The notes below the pieces were generated by a model. It was not told the DNA's origin. It ran no database searches and saw only the letters and a program-made list of their open reading frames with translations. From Actinomycetes bacterium (lineage in GTDB: Bacteria > Actinomycetota > Actinomycetes > Actinomycetales > Microbacteriaceae): a stretch of DNA of 64,000 nucleotides. Positions 51,225 to 59,460 of this stretch are shown here, in pieces. The position numbers were made by a program, and so were the translations under genes. The stretch is from assembly GCA_029777095.1 (NCBI GenBank), contig JAKOTS010000032.1:135039-199038 (forward strand), given 5' to 3'. Numbering within the stretch: position 1 is the stretch's first letter; each line of letters opens with the position of its first letter.

Positions 51225-51475
51225 GGATCGACCCCGCCAGTGACTCCTTTCAGCCGCGGCCAACGCCCGTGTTCGCCCCGAAGAAGCGCGCGCCAAGCCG
51301 CGGCCGGAGGCGCATGATTCTCGCGGCGGTCGCGGCCGTGCTCCTCGGTATCGTCATCGGGGCATGGATCGCGGTCGTTGCTGTGCAGCGCGAGTTGGCG
51401 CAGGTGCCGGCGAGCAGTTCGCAGGCGGGCCAGGTGACCGACACGCACCCATTGCTGTGCAGTGTGACGGCGTAA
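51221..51475 (+). CDS. Small bitopic membrane protein, gene 5 of the operon
   Basis: GTGA overlap with the previous stop; basic stretch KKRAPSRGRRR followed by a ~22-aa hydrophobic helix. Confidence 0.65.
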   Translation: MRIDPASDSFQPRPTPVFAPKKRAPSRGRRRMILAAVAAVLLGIVIGAWIAVVAVQRELAQVPASSSQAGQVTDTHPLLCSVTA

Positions 51476-51485
51476 GCTGGGCCCT

Positions 51486-51923
51486 ATGGACACAGTGCTC
51501 AGCATTCTTCACGTCGCCTCGGCGGTATTTATCGTCGGGCCAATGGCAATCCTTCCAATGACGGGTCTTCGCGCCCTTCGCTCCGGCAACGGTGCGCAGG
51601 TTCGCACGCTCGCCAAGTCGACCTCGATCTTCACGTGGCTCTCGCTACTCGTCTTCGTCTTCGGGTTTGGCATCCTCGGCATGTCGGGCAAGGCATGGGG
51701 CATCAGCTTCATGACGCCGTGGATCCTGTGGTCGGTCATCCTCTATGCCCTCGCGTTCATTCTCACGATGTTCGTCGTGGCGCAGATGAACAAGGCAGCC
51801 GCAGAGGTCGACGGATCGACCCCCGGCACGAAGCCCTCGGGCTACGGCGCCATCGCGGGGAGCAGCGGCGTGGCCGCACTGCTCCTGCTGGCCGTGGTCG
51901 TGCTGATGATCTGGAAGCCGTAA
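51486..51923 (+). CDS. DUF2269-like 4-TM membrane protein
   Basis: LHVASAVFIVGP start, PWILWSVILY, C-terminal VVLMIWKP. TAAGCT -10 (51473-51478) 7 nt before ATG suggests its own leaderless promoter. Confidence 0.8.
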   Translation: MDTVLSILHVASAVFIVGPMAILPMTGLRALRSGNGAQVRTLAKSTSIFTWLSLLVFVFGFGILGMSGKAWGISFMTPWILWSVILYALAFILTMFVVAQMNKAAAEVDGSTPGTKPSGYGAIAGSSGVAALLLLAVVVLMIWKP

Positions 51924-51933
51924 CACGCACTTG

Positions 51934-51977
51934 AACGACGGGAGGGTGGATGCCGAAGCATCCACCCTCCCGTCGTT
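51934..51977. terminator. Bidirectional terminator hairpin
   Basis: Perfect 20-bp stem AACGACGGGAGGGTGGATGC / GCATCCACCCTCCCGTCGTT with CGAA loop between convergent genes. Confidence 0.88.
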
Positions 51978-51986
51978 TTCTTGGTA

Positions 51987-52466
51987 CTACGCGCCCGCGC
52001 GCAGGTCGCGCAACACCAGTGCGGTCGCGATCGCGGCGTGCGCCGACTCGCCGCCCTTGTCTTCTGCCGAGTCGGGGAACCCGGCGCGGTCGATGCCCTG
52101 CGCTTCGTCGTCGAGCGTGAGCACGCCAAACCCGACCGGCTTGCCGGTGTCGAGCGCGACGCGAGTGAGACCATCCGTCGCCGCGGCCGAGACGAACTCG
52201 AAGTGCGGCGTGCCGCCACGGATGATCACGCCGAGCGCCACCACCGCGTCAGCGCCAGCCTCAAGCGCGGCCTTTGCGGCCACTGGCAGCTCGAAGCTGC
52301 CCGGCACGCGCACGAGTGAATACGTGGCACCAGAGGCATCCAATTGCCGCACTGCACCCGCAATGAGGCCGTCAGAGATCACCTCGTGCCAGGTCCCGGC
52401 GATGATCACGACCCGGAGGCCCTTCGCGTCGATGTGTGTGCGCTCTGCTGCTCCGTGCCCGCTCAT
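51987..52466 (-). CDS. ribH: 6,7-dimethyl-8-ribityllumazine synthase
   Basis: VPGSFELP, ALGVIIRGGTPHFEFV, PVGFGVLT. Confidence 0.96.
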   Translation of the reverse strand: MSGHGAAERTHIDAKGLRVVIIAGTWHEVISDGLIAGAVRQLDASGATYSLVRVPGSFELPVAAKAALEAGADAVVALGVIIRGGTPHFEFVSAAATDGLTRVALDTGKPVGFGVLTLDDEAQGIDRAGFPDSAEDKGGESAHAAIATALVLRDLRAGA

Positions 52467-53737
52467 GCGTTGCCCTTTCGTGGCGCGCCGTCGAAGGCGT
52501 CGTTGAGTTCTTGTTCGCCGATGGTGTGGCCCATGCGCTCGCGCTTGGTGACCAGGTACTGGTGGTTGTTGGCGCCAACACCGACGAGCAACGGCACCTG
52601 CTCCACCACGTTCACCCCGAGCTCGCGCAGCTGCGCAACCTTGTCGGGGTTGTTGGTGAGCAGCCGGACGGCACCCACGCCGAGATCGCCCAGGATGCCG
52701 GCGGCCGCCGCGTAATCGCGCGAGTCGATCGGGAACCCGAGGGCAAGGTTTGCATCGACGGTGTCGAGGCCCTGCTCCTGCAGGCTGTAGGCGCGCAGCT
52801 TGTTGATGAGGCCGATGCCGCGACCCTCATGCCCGCGCATGTAGATGACGATGCCGCCTTCGGCCGCAACTGCGTCGAGTGCCGCATCCAGCTGCCAGCC
52901 GCACTCGCACTTGAGCGAGTGGAACGCCTCGCCGGTCAGGCATTCGGAGTGCACGCGCACGAGCGGCGCGTCGCCGATATCGCCCGAGATCACCGCGAGG
53001 TGATCGGTGCCGGTCTGGCGATCCTTGTACGCAAGAAAGCGGAACTCGCCGTGCGTCGTCGGCACGGTCGATTCGGCGCGCAGGCTCACGAGACGGCGGG
53101 GCGCGCCCTCGTCTTCGGTACGCGGCTCGTGCTCGTCGAGGTATTCGATGAGCTGCTCGATTGTGATGACGTGGATGCCGTCACGCTCGCCGAGCTCGAA
53201 AAGCCCCGGCATGCGCATCATGCTGCCGTCGTGGTCGACCACCTCGGCGATTGCTCCCACCGGGTGCAGACCGGCCAGGCGCATGAGCTCGACCGCGGCC
53301 TCGGTGTGACCGGCGCGGTCACGGACGCCACCATCGACCGCACGCAACGGGAGGATGTGGCCGGGGCGGATCAGGCTCGCCTGCGTAGAAGCGGGGTTTG
53401 CCAGCACGTTGAGCGTGTTCGCGCGGTCGGATGCGCTGATGCCGGTTGAATCACGACGGTCGGCGGCATCCACACTCACGGTGTATGCCGTTGAGCGCAT
53501 GTCTTCGTTGCGGGCCACCATCGGCGGCAGATCGAGAGCATCGGCGATGTCGCCGGGCATCGGTGCGCAGATGAGGCCGGAGGTCCAGCGCACCATCCAC
53601 GCGATCCACTCGGGGCTTGCGAGCTCGGCCGAAATGATGATGTCGCCCTCGTTCTCGCGGTTCTCGTCGTCAGCGACGATGACCGGTCGACCTGCCTTGA
53701 GGGCGGTGAGTGCTTCAGGAATTGTTGACAGGCTCAT
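52463..53737 (-). CDS. ribBA: Bifunctional DHBP synthase / GTP cyclohydrolase II
   Basis: DDENRENEGD, RPGHILPL, GHTEA; VRVHSECLTG, CECGWQL, EGRGIG, LTNNPDK. Confidence 0.96.
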   Translation of the reverse strand: MSLSTIPEALTALKAGRPVIVADDENRENEGDIIISAELASPEWIAWMVRWTSGLICAPMPGDIADALDLPPMVARNEDMRSTAYTVSVDAADRRDSTGISASDRANTLNVLANPASTQASLIRPGHILPLRAVDGGVRDRAGHTEAAVELMRLAGLHPVGAIAEVVDHDGSMMRMPGLFELGERDGIHVITIEQLIEYLDEHEPRTEDEGAPRRLVSLRAESTVPTTHGEFRFLAYKDRQTGTDHLAVISGDIGDAPLVRVHSECLTGEAFHSLKCECGWQLDAALDAVAAEGGIVIYMRGHEGRGIGLINKLRAYSLQEQGLDTVDANLALGFPIDSRDYAAAAGILGDLGVGAVRLLTNNPDKVAQLRELGVNVVEQVPLLVGVGANNHQYLVTKRERMGHTIGEQELNDAFDGAPRKGNA

Positions 53738-54390
53738 CGCGAGCCTCCTTCTGTGTGATTCTCAGGTGAGATGGATACATCGGGCCGCCCGAACGACAGC
53801 ATTCGCTGTACGTGACGGGCAAGAATGTCGGTTTCAAGGTTGACGGAGTCGCCAGCAACGCGCGCGCCGAGGGTGGTGGCAACGAGCGTTTCGGGAATGA
53901 GTGAGACTTCGAACCACTGCGCTGGCTCGGCTGCGGGGCTGACCGATGAGACGGTGAGCGAGACTCCGTCGACGGCGATTGAGCCCTTGTCGACGACGAG
54001 CGGCGCGAGTGCGCGATCGAGCGAGATGCGAACGACGCGCCACGCGCCGCCCTCCTCGATCGAGAGGACCGTGCCGGTGCCGTCGACGTGACCCTGCACG
54101 ATGTGGCCGCCGAGGCGATCGCCCACCGAGGTCGCGCGTTCGAGGTTGACGGCCAAGCCGACGGCCGCGGCCGAGAGTGTCGACATATCGAGCGTCTGCT
54201 GCATGACGTCGGCGGTGAACGTGTCGCCCTCGCGCTCGACAACGGTCAGGCATACGCCGCTGACCGCAATTGAGTCGCCGTGCGCGGCATCCGAAACGCT
54301 CAGGGGCGCATCGATCGTGAGCCGGGCGGCATCTGCCGTGCGCTCGATGGCCGTGATGCGGCCGAGCTCTTCGACGATTCCGGTGAACAT
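53734..54390 (-). CDS. ribE: Riboflavin synthase
   Basis: Canonical MFTGIVEE N-terminus, GVCLTV, VNLER, GGHIVQGHVDG, KGSIAVDGVSLT. Confidence 0.96.
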   Translation of the reverse strand: MFTGIVEELGRITAIERTADAARLTIDAPLSVSDAAHGDSIAVSGVCLTVVEREGDTFTADVMQQTLDMSTLSAAAVGLAVNLERATSVGDRLGGHIVQGHVDGTGTVLSIEEGGAWRVVRISLDRALAPLVVDKGSIAVDGVSLTVSSVSPAAEPAQWFEVSLIPETLVATTLGARVAGDSVNLETDILARHVQRMLSFGRPDVSISPENHTEGGSR

Positions 54391-54391
54391 A

Positions 54392-55513
54392 TCAATCGTG
54401 CCCTTCATTGGGAGTGACTTCGCTGGGACTGGGTGCGCTGGGACTGGGTGCGCTGGGACTCGGTGCGCTGGCGGTACCGCTGCGCGAGGCCGCGGCATCC
54501 GCTGGGCTCGCAATGATCAGCAGGTCGTCGCCGACGCGCTGCACCTCGCTGATGCATAGGCGGTGCGCGTCGGTGATGGTGTCGACGCCGATGTCGGTGA
54601 GCGCACCGCGCGGTCCGCCGAGCAGCATGGGTGCTGTGTAGACGAGCAGCTCATCGGCGAGGCCTTCACGAATGAATGCGCTCGCGAGCGTGGGCCCGCC
54701 TTCGACGAAGACGCTCTGGATGCCCCGCCCATACAACTCGGCAAGCACAACCCGCAGGTCTGGGCCGGGCAAGAAGATGGGCTCGCGCGGGTGCGCCCGC
54801 ACGGCCGCATGCGGGGGAACCGCGCGTGTGCCGACAACGACGGGCACGGGTTGCGTCGGAAGCAGCGCCCCGGCCGCATCGCGTGCGGTGAGGGCGGCGT
54901 CGTCGGCGAGAATCGTGCCGGTGCCGGCGATGACCGCGTGTGCGGCGGCCCGGCGGCGGTGCACGTCGGCGCGGGCTTCGGGGCCGGTGATCCACTGGCT
55001 GGTGCCGTCGGTGGCGGCCGCGCGGCCGTCGAGGCTCTGCGCCCACTTGACCGTGACGTGCGGGCGGCGGAGCCGTGCGGCGATGAGCCATGGGCCGAGC
55101 AGAGCCTCGCCCTCTTCGCGCATGACGCCGCACTCGACGGCGACACCGGCTTCGCGAAGTCGATCGCCGCCCCCGCTGGAGTCGGTGCCGGGATCGGTCA
55201 CCGAGTACACCACCCGGGTAACGCCGGCCGCGAGGAGCGCCTCGCTGCAAGGTCCGGTGTGCCCGGTGTGGTTGCACGGTTCGAGTGACACCACCGCAGT
55301 TGCGCCCTGTGCGCCGCCCGCGGGCAACGATGCGAGCGCGGCAACCTCGGCATGTGGCATCCCGACACCGAGGTGCCAGCCCTCGGCAATCACCGTGCCG
55401 TTCGCATCGAGGAGCACGCAGCCGACCTGCGGGTTGATGCCGAGCGGGCCACGACGGGCGAGGTCGAACGCGCGCACCATGGCGCTGCGTTCTGCCTGCG
55501 TGATTCCGGTCAT
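54392..55513 (-). CDS. ribD: Riboflavin deaminase/reductase
   Basis: NPQVGCV, HAE, LEPCNHTGHTGPC, KWAQSLDG, GTGTILADD, VEGG. Confidence 0.95.
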   Translation of the reverse strand: MTGITQAERSAMVRAFDLARRGPLGINPQVGCVLLDANGTVIAEGWHLGVGMPHAEVAALASLPAGGAQGATAVVSLEPCNHTGHTGPCSEALLAAGVTRVVYSVTDPGTDSSGGGDRLREAGVAVECGVMREEGEALLGPWLIAARLRRPHVTVKWAQSLDGRAAATDGTSQWITGPEARADVHRRRAAAHAVIAGTGTILADDAALTARDAAGALLPTQPVPVVVGTRAVPPHAAVRAHPREPIFLPGPDLRVVLAELYGRGIQSVFVEGGPTLASAFIREGLADELLVYTAPMLLGGPRGALTDIGVDTITDAHRLCISEVQRVGDDLLIIASPADAAASRSGTASAPSPSAPSPSAPSPSEVTPNEGHD

Positions 55514-55578
55514 CGTTCCCTCTGTCTTGAGGCACTCCGGGGTTCACGCGACGCGCTATGGGTTCACAAAGACACCCA

Positions 55579-55742
55579 CACGTGCGCCTCTCATCCGGAC
55601 TCGCGCGCAACCTGGTTGCACGCATAACCGTCGGTTCCGGAATTTCACCGGATCAGCCGTGGCGATGCGTCGAAAACGCATGGATGCCTCGGCTCGCGGA
55701 CTTTCACCGCCGGTTCGGACTCTCACCGACCCCGGAGCACGT
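55579..55742 (-). promoter_or_regulatory. FMN riboswitch (RFN element)
   Basis: Minus strand ...GGGGTCGGTGAGAGTCCGAACCGGCGGTGAAAGTCCGCGA...GATCCGGTGAAATTCCGGAACCGACGGT...AGTCCGGATGAGAG; upstream of ribD; TAGACT -10 at 55753-55758. Confidence 0.95.
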
Positions 55743-55887
55743 TACTCATCTGAGTCTAGTCGCCACGCGGGGTGGTGTTGCGTTTCGGTCACCATCTTGG
55801 GTCGCGATAGGCGGGTCGGATGCCCGCGGTTGCGAGATCGGGGATCCCCACAGAAGATGGGAGGAGGCGCAATCGAAGGGGGCATCG

Positions 55888-57669
55888 ATGACGGCAGGAC
55901 CAGTGCGAAGGCGGGGCGCATTCGCAAGGCTTGTGGAGCGACCTTCAGCGCAGGTGCTGGTCATTGGCGGGGGGATCAACGGCATCGCCACGATGCGTGA
56001 CCTCGCGATGCAGGGCATCGACGTCATGCTGATCGAGCGCGCGGACTACGTCAGCGGTGCGTCGTCGGCGTCGTCGCACATGATTCATGGCGGCATCCGC
56101 TATCTCGAAAATGGCGAGTTTCGTCTCGTGCACGAGTCGGTCACCGAGCGCAACGGGTTGCTGCAGATCGCACCGCACTACGTCAAGCCGTTGAAGACGA
56201 CCGTGCCGATCTTCTCCACGTTCTCTGGCGTGCTCAGCGCGCCGCTGCGCTTTCTCCGGCACGGCGCCGGCAAGCCGCGCGAACGTGGCGCCGTCCTCAT
56301 CAAGGTGGGCCTCGTGATCTACGACTCGTTCTCGCGGGGTGGGGGCCGCGTGCCGCGTCACGAGTTCTTGCGCCGCCGCCGCTCACTCGAAAAGCTGCCG
56401 CGGCTGAACCCCGATATCCGGTACACCGCGACCTACTACGACGCGTCGATGCACGACCCTGAACGCCTCGCGCTCGATGTGCTGCACGACGGAATGAAAG
56501 CGGGGCGCGCACCGGGTGCGCTTGGCCCTGGCGGTGCCGAGATGGGGTCGGGCGCGCTCGCGCGAGCGGCCAACTACGTTGAGGCGATCGGTGTGGATGC
56601 CGGGGGCATTCGCGTGCGCGATGTTGTCACCGGCGAGGAGGCTGTGCTGACGGCATCCGTCATCATTAATGCCTCAGGCCCGTGGACAGACCTCACCAAC
56701 GAAGCGCTGGGCCGCGACACGCACTTTATGGGCGGCACAAAAGGCTCACACATCGTGCTCGACCACCCCGAGCTGTTCGCCGCGACCGGTGGGCGCGAGA
56801 TCTTCTTCGAGCACAGCGACGGGCGCATCGTGCTGATCTATCCGCTCAACGGGCGCGTGCTCGTGGGCACCACCGACCTCGAGCACGACATGCACGACCC
56901 GATCGTCTGCACCGAAGACGAGGTTGACTACTTCTTTGGGCTCGTGCGTCACGTGTTTCCCGATATTTACGTGGATCGATCGCACATTGTGTACCGCTTT
57001 GCGGGCGTGCGGCCGCTTCCCGGGCACGGCGATCTATCGCCCGGCTTCGTCTCGCGCGACTACCGGATCGAGCGCGCGAGCCTCGCAACCACCGGCACGA
57101 CCCAGGTGCTCAACCTCATCGGCGGCAAATGGACCACATTCCGCGCCCTCGCCGAGCACCTGAGCAACGAGGCCCTTGGCATCCTGCGGGCGCAGCGGGT
57201 GTCGAGCACGAAGGGCGTTGCGATCGGCGGTGGGGCGGGGTATCCGCGCACCGAACGCGCCCTGCGCCGCTGGCTCGCAACGAACTCTGCGGGTGTGGGC
57301 CGCGAACGTGCCGCCCGCCTGCTTGCGCGCTACGGCACGCGCGCGACCGAGGTCATCGCCGCAATTTCGGCTGATGAGACAGATCGTCCGATTCGGGATG
57401 CCGCGGCCTACAGCACCGCTGAACTGCGCCATCTTGCAGCCACCGAACACGTCGTGCACCTCGACGACCTCTTGCGTCGGCGCACGAGCCTCGTCTTCAC
57501 GGGCGACGCGGGTGCCGAAACGGTGCGAGACGTGGCCGAAACGATCGCCGACACCCTCGGCTGGGACGAGGACGACATCGCACGCGAGGAGGAGGCCGTG
57601 CTGGCGATGCTCGAGCGGCAGGGGCGATATCGTGTCGAAGAAGAAGTGCCTGCGGGCGTGACAATGTGA
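55888..57669 (+). CDS. glpD: FAD-dependent glycerol-3-phosphate dehydrogenase
   Basis: [50 protein letters not shown]. Confidence 0.93.
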   Translation: MTAGPVRRRGAFARLVERPSAQVLVIGGGINGIATMRDLAMQGIDVMLIERADYVSGASSASSHMIHGGIRYLENGEFRLVHESVTERNGLLQIAPHYVKPLKTTVPIFSTFSGVLSAPLRFLRHGAGKPRERGAVLIKVGLVIYDSFSRGGGRVPRHEFLRRRRSLEKLPRLNPDIRYTATYYDASMHDPERLALDVLHDGMKAGRAPGALGPGGAEMGSGALARAANYVEAIGVDAGGIRVRDVVTGEEAVLTASVIINASGPWTDLTNEALGRDTHFMGGTKGSHIVLDHPELFAATGGREIFFEHSDGRIVLIYPLNGRVLVGTTDLEHDMHDPIVCTEDEVDYFFGLVRHVFPDIYVDRSHIVYRFAGVRPLPGHGDLSPGFVSRDYRIERASLATTGTTQVLNLIGGKWTTFRALAEHLSNEALGILRAQRVSSTKGVAIGGGAGYPRTERALRRWLATNSAGVGRERAARLLARYGTRATEVIAAISADETDRPIRDAAAYSTAELRHLAATEHVVHLDDLLRRRTSLVFTGDAGAETVRDVAETIADTLGWDEDDIAREEEAVLAMLERQGRYRVEEEVPAGVTM

Positions 57670-59204
57670 GCAGGGGTGCTGTGGCGAAGTACGTAATGGC
57701 GATCGACCAGGGCACCACGAGTACGAGGGCGATCCTGTTCACCCACGACGCGACGATCGCCGGCGTTGCGCAGCGCGAGCACGAGCAGATCTTTCCGCGC
57801 CCGGGCTGGGTCGAACACGACCCGGCAGAAATCTGGGCGAACACGCAGTGGGTGATCACGGCGGCCCTCGAAACCGCCGGGGTGCAGGCGAGCGACCTCG
57901 CCGGCATCGGCATCACAAATCAGCGCGAGACCGCCATCGTCTGGAACAGGCACACCGGCACGCCCATCTACAACGCGATCGTCTGGCAAGACACACGCAC
58001 GCAACCACTGATCGATGCACTTGCGGCGGATGCCGGTGTCGACAGGTTTGTGGCATCCACCGGTCTGCCGTTGGCGACGTACTTTTCGGCCTCGAAGATT
58101 GCGTGGATGCTCGAGCACGTGCCCGGTGCGCGTGCGGCTGCCGAGGCCGGAGACCTGCTCTTTGGGACGCCCGACACCTGGGTACTGTGGAATCTCACGC
58201 GCGGCGGCGGTGGGGATGCGGGCGCGGTGCACGCGACCGATGTGACGAATGCGAGCCGCACGTTGCTGGCCGATCTGCAGAGCCTCGATTGGTCTGATGA
58301 GTTGCTCGAGGCGTTTGGGGTTCCGCGGTCGATGATGCCCGAGATTCGGTCGTCGTCCGAGGTGGTCGGCCATGTGGTGCAGCCCGCGGCGGCGCGCGGG
58401 TTGCCGATTGCGGGCATCCTGGGCGACCAGCAGGCGGCGACCTTCGGACAGGCCGCATTTGGCGTGGGCGAGTCGAAGAATACCTACGGCACCGGCAACT
58501 TTCTGATCGTCAACACCGGTGAGCAGATCGTTCGGTCGCAGCATGGACTCATCTCGACGGTCGCGTATCGCCTCGGCGACGGTGCCGCGCACTATGCGCT
58601 CGAAGGGTCGATCGCGGTTACCGGTTCGCTCGTGCAGTGGCTGCGCGACAACCTCGGGATGTTCTCATCCTCAGACGACGTGGAGCGGTTGGCCGCCAGC
58701 GTCGACGACAACGGTGGTGCGTATTTTGTGCCGGCATTCTCTGGGCTGTTCGCACCCTATTGGCGGGCGGATGCACGTGGCGCGCTCGTGGGCCTCACCC
58801 GCTTCGTGAATCGTGGGCACATCGCCCGTGCGGCGTTGGAGGCCACCGCATTTCAGACCCGTGCCGTGATCGACGCCGCGGTGGCAGACACTGGTGTGCC
58901 GCTTCGCGAACTGCGTGTCGACGGGGGGATGACCCGCAACGGCCTGCTGATGCAATTTCAGGCCGACGTGCTCGGCGTGCCGGTCGTACGACCGAAGATC
59001 ATCGAAACGACCGCGCTCGGGGCGGCATACGCGGCGGGGCTCGCGGTTGGATTTTGGTCAGGGCTCGACGAGCTTCGCGCACACTGGGCCGAGGACCAGC
59101 GCTGGCGACCGCAGATGGCGGAGGCGGAGCGCGCGCGGCTGCTGCGCATGTGGGAGAAGGCGGTCACAAAGTCGCTGGATTGGGTTGACGACGACGTCAC
59201 CTAG
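57666..59204 (+). CDS. glpK: Glycerol kinase
   Basis: [67 protein letters not shown]. Confidence 0.96.
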   Translation: MSRGAVAKYVMAIDQGTTSTRAILFTHDATIAGVAQREHEQIFPRPGWVEHDPAEIWANTQWVITAALETAGVQASDLAGIGITNQRETAIVWNRHTGTPIYNAIVWQDTRTQPLIDALAADAGVDRFVASTGLPLATYFSASKIAWMLEHVPGARAAAEAGDLLFGTPDTWVLWNLTRGGGGDAGAVHATDVTNASRTLLADLQSLDWSDELLEAFGVPRSMMPEIRSSSEVVGHVVQPAAARGLPIAGILGDQQAATFGQAAFGVGESKNTYGTGNFLIVNTGEQIVRSQHGLISTVAYRLGDGAAHYALEGSIAVTGSLVQWLRDNLGMFSSSDDVERLAASVDDNGGAYFVPAFSGLFAPYWRADARGALVGLTRFVNRGHIARAALEATAFQTRAVIDAAVADTGVPLRELRVDGGMTRNGLLMQFQADVLGVPVVRPKIIETTALGAAYAAGLAVGFWSGLDELRAHWAEDQRWRPQMAEAERARLLRMWEKAVTKSLDWVDDDVT

Positions 59205-59242
59205 TGCTGGCGCCTCGGGTTCGCGGGTCGTGCGCGCTCAGT

Positions 59243-59281
59243 ATCGCCGGTGTGGATCGCCGGTGTGGATCGCCGGTTTGG
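59243..59281. repeat. 13-bp tandem repeat x3 (ATCGCCGGTGTGG)
   Basis: Copies at 59243, 59256 and 59269 (last with one change), downstream of glpK. Confidence 0.85.
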
Positions 59282-59460
59282 GTGAGCGGTTGGGTGAGAA
59301 CCCGGGTGAATTCGTTAGACCGCCGAGGTTGAACCGCTTCGTGCCACCACAACATGGGAGTGTCGGGTCGCTTCGACGGCGAACGGCGAGGTGCGCGGCG
59401 GGCAACGAACGCCTCGCGAAGCCCTGGTCTTTTGGGGCGTTCGTCCGGTAGGGGAGCAGA

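Noticed and set aside
40993-51475. Tubulin-like operon as a recent horizontally acquired island or prophage (PhuZ/TubZ-type segregation)
   Set aside because: No flanking direct repeats, integrase, phage or plasmid genes. Composition and GGCATCC motif presence look like the flanks by eye. The protein is far larger than TubZ/PhuZ.
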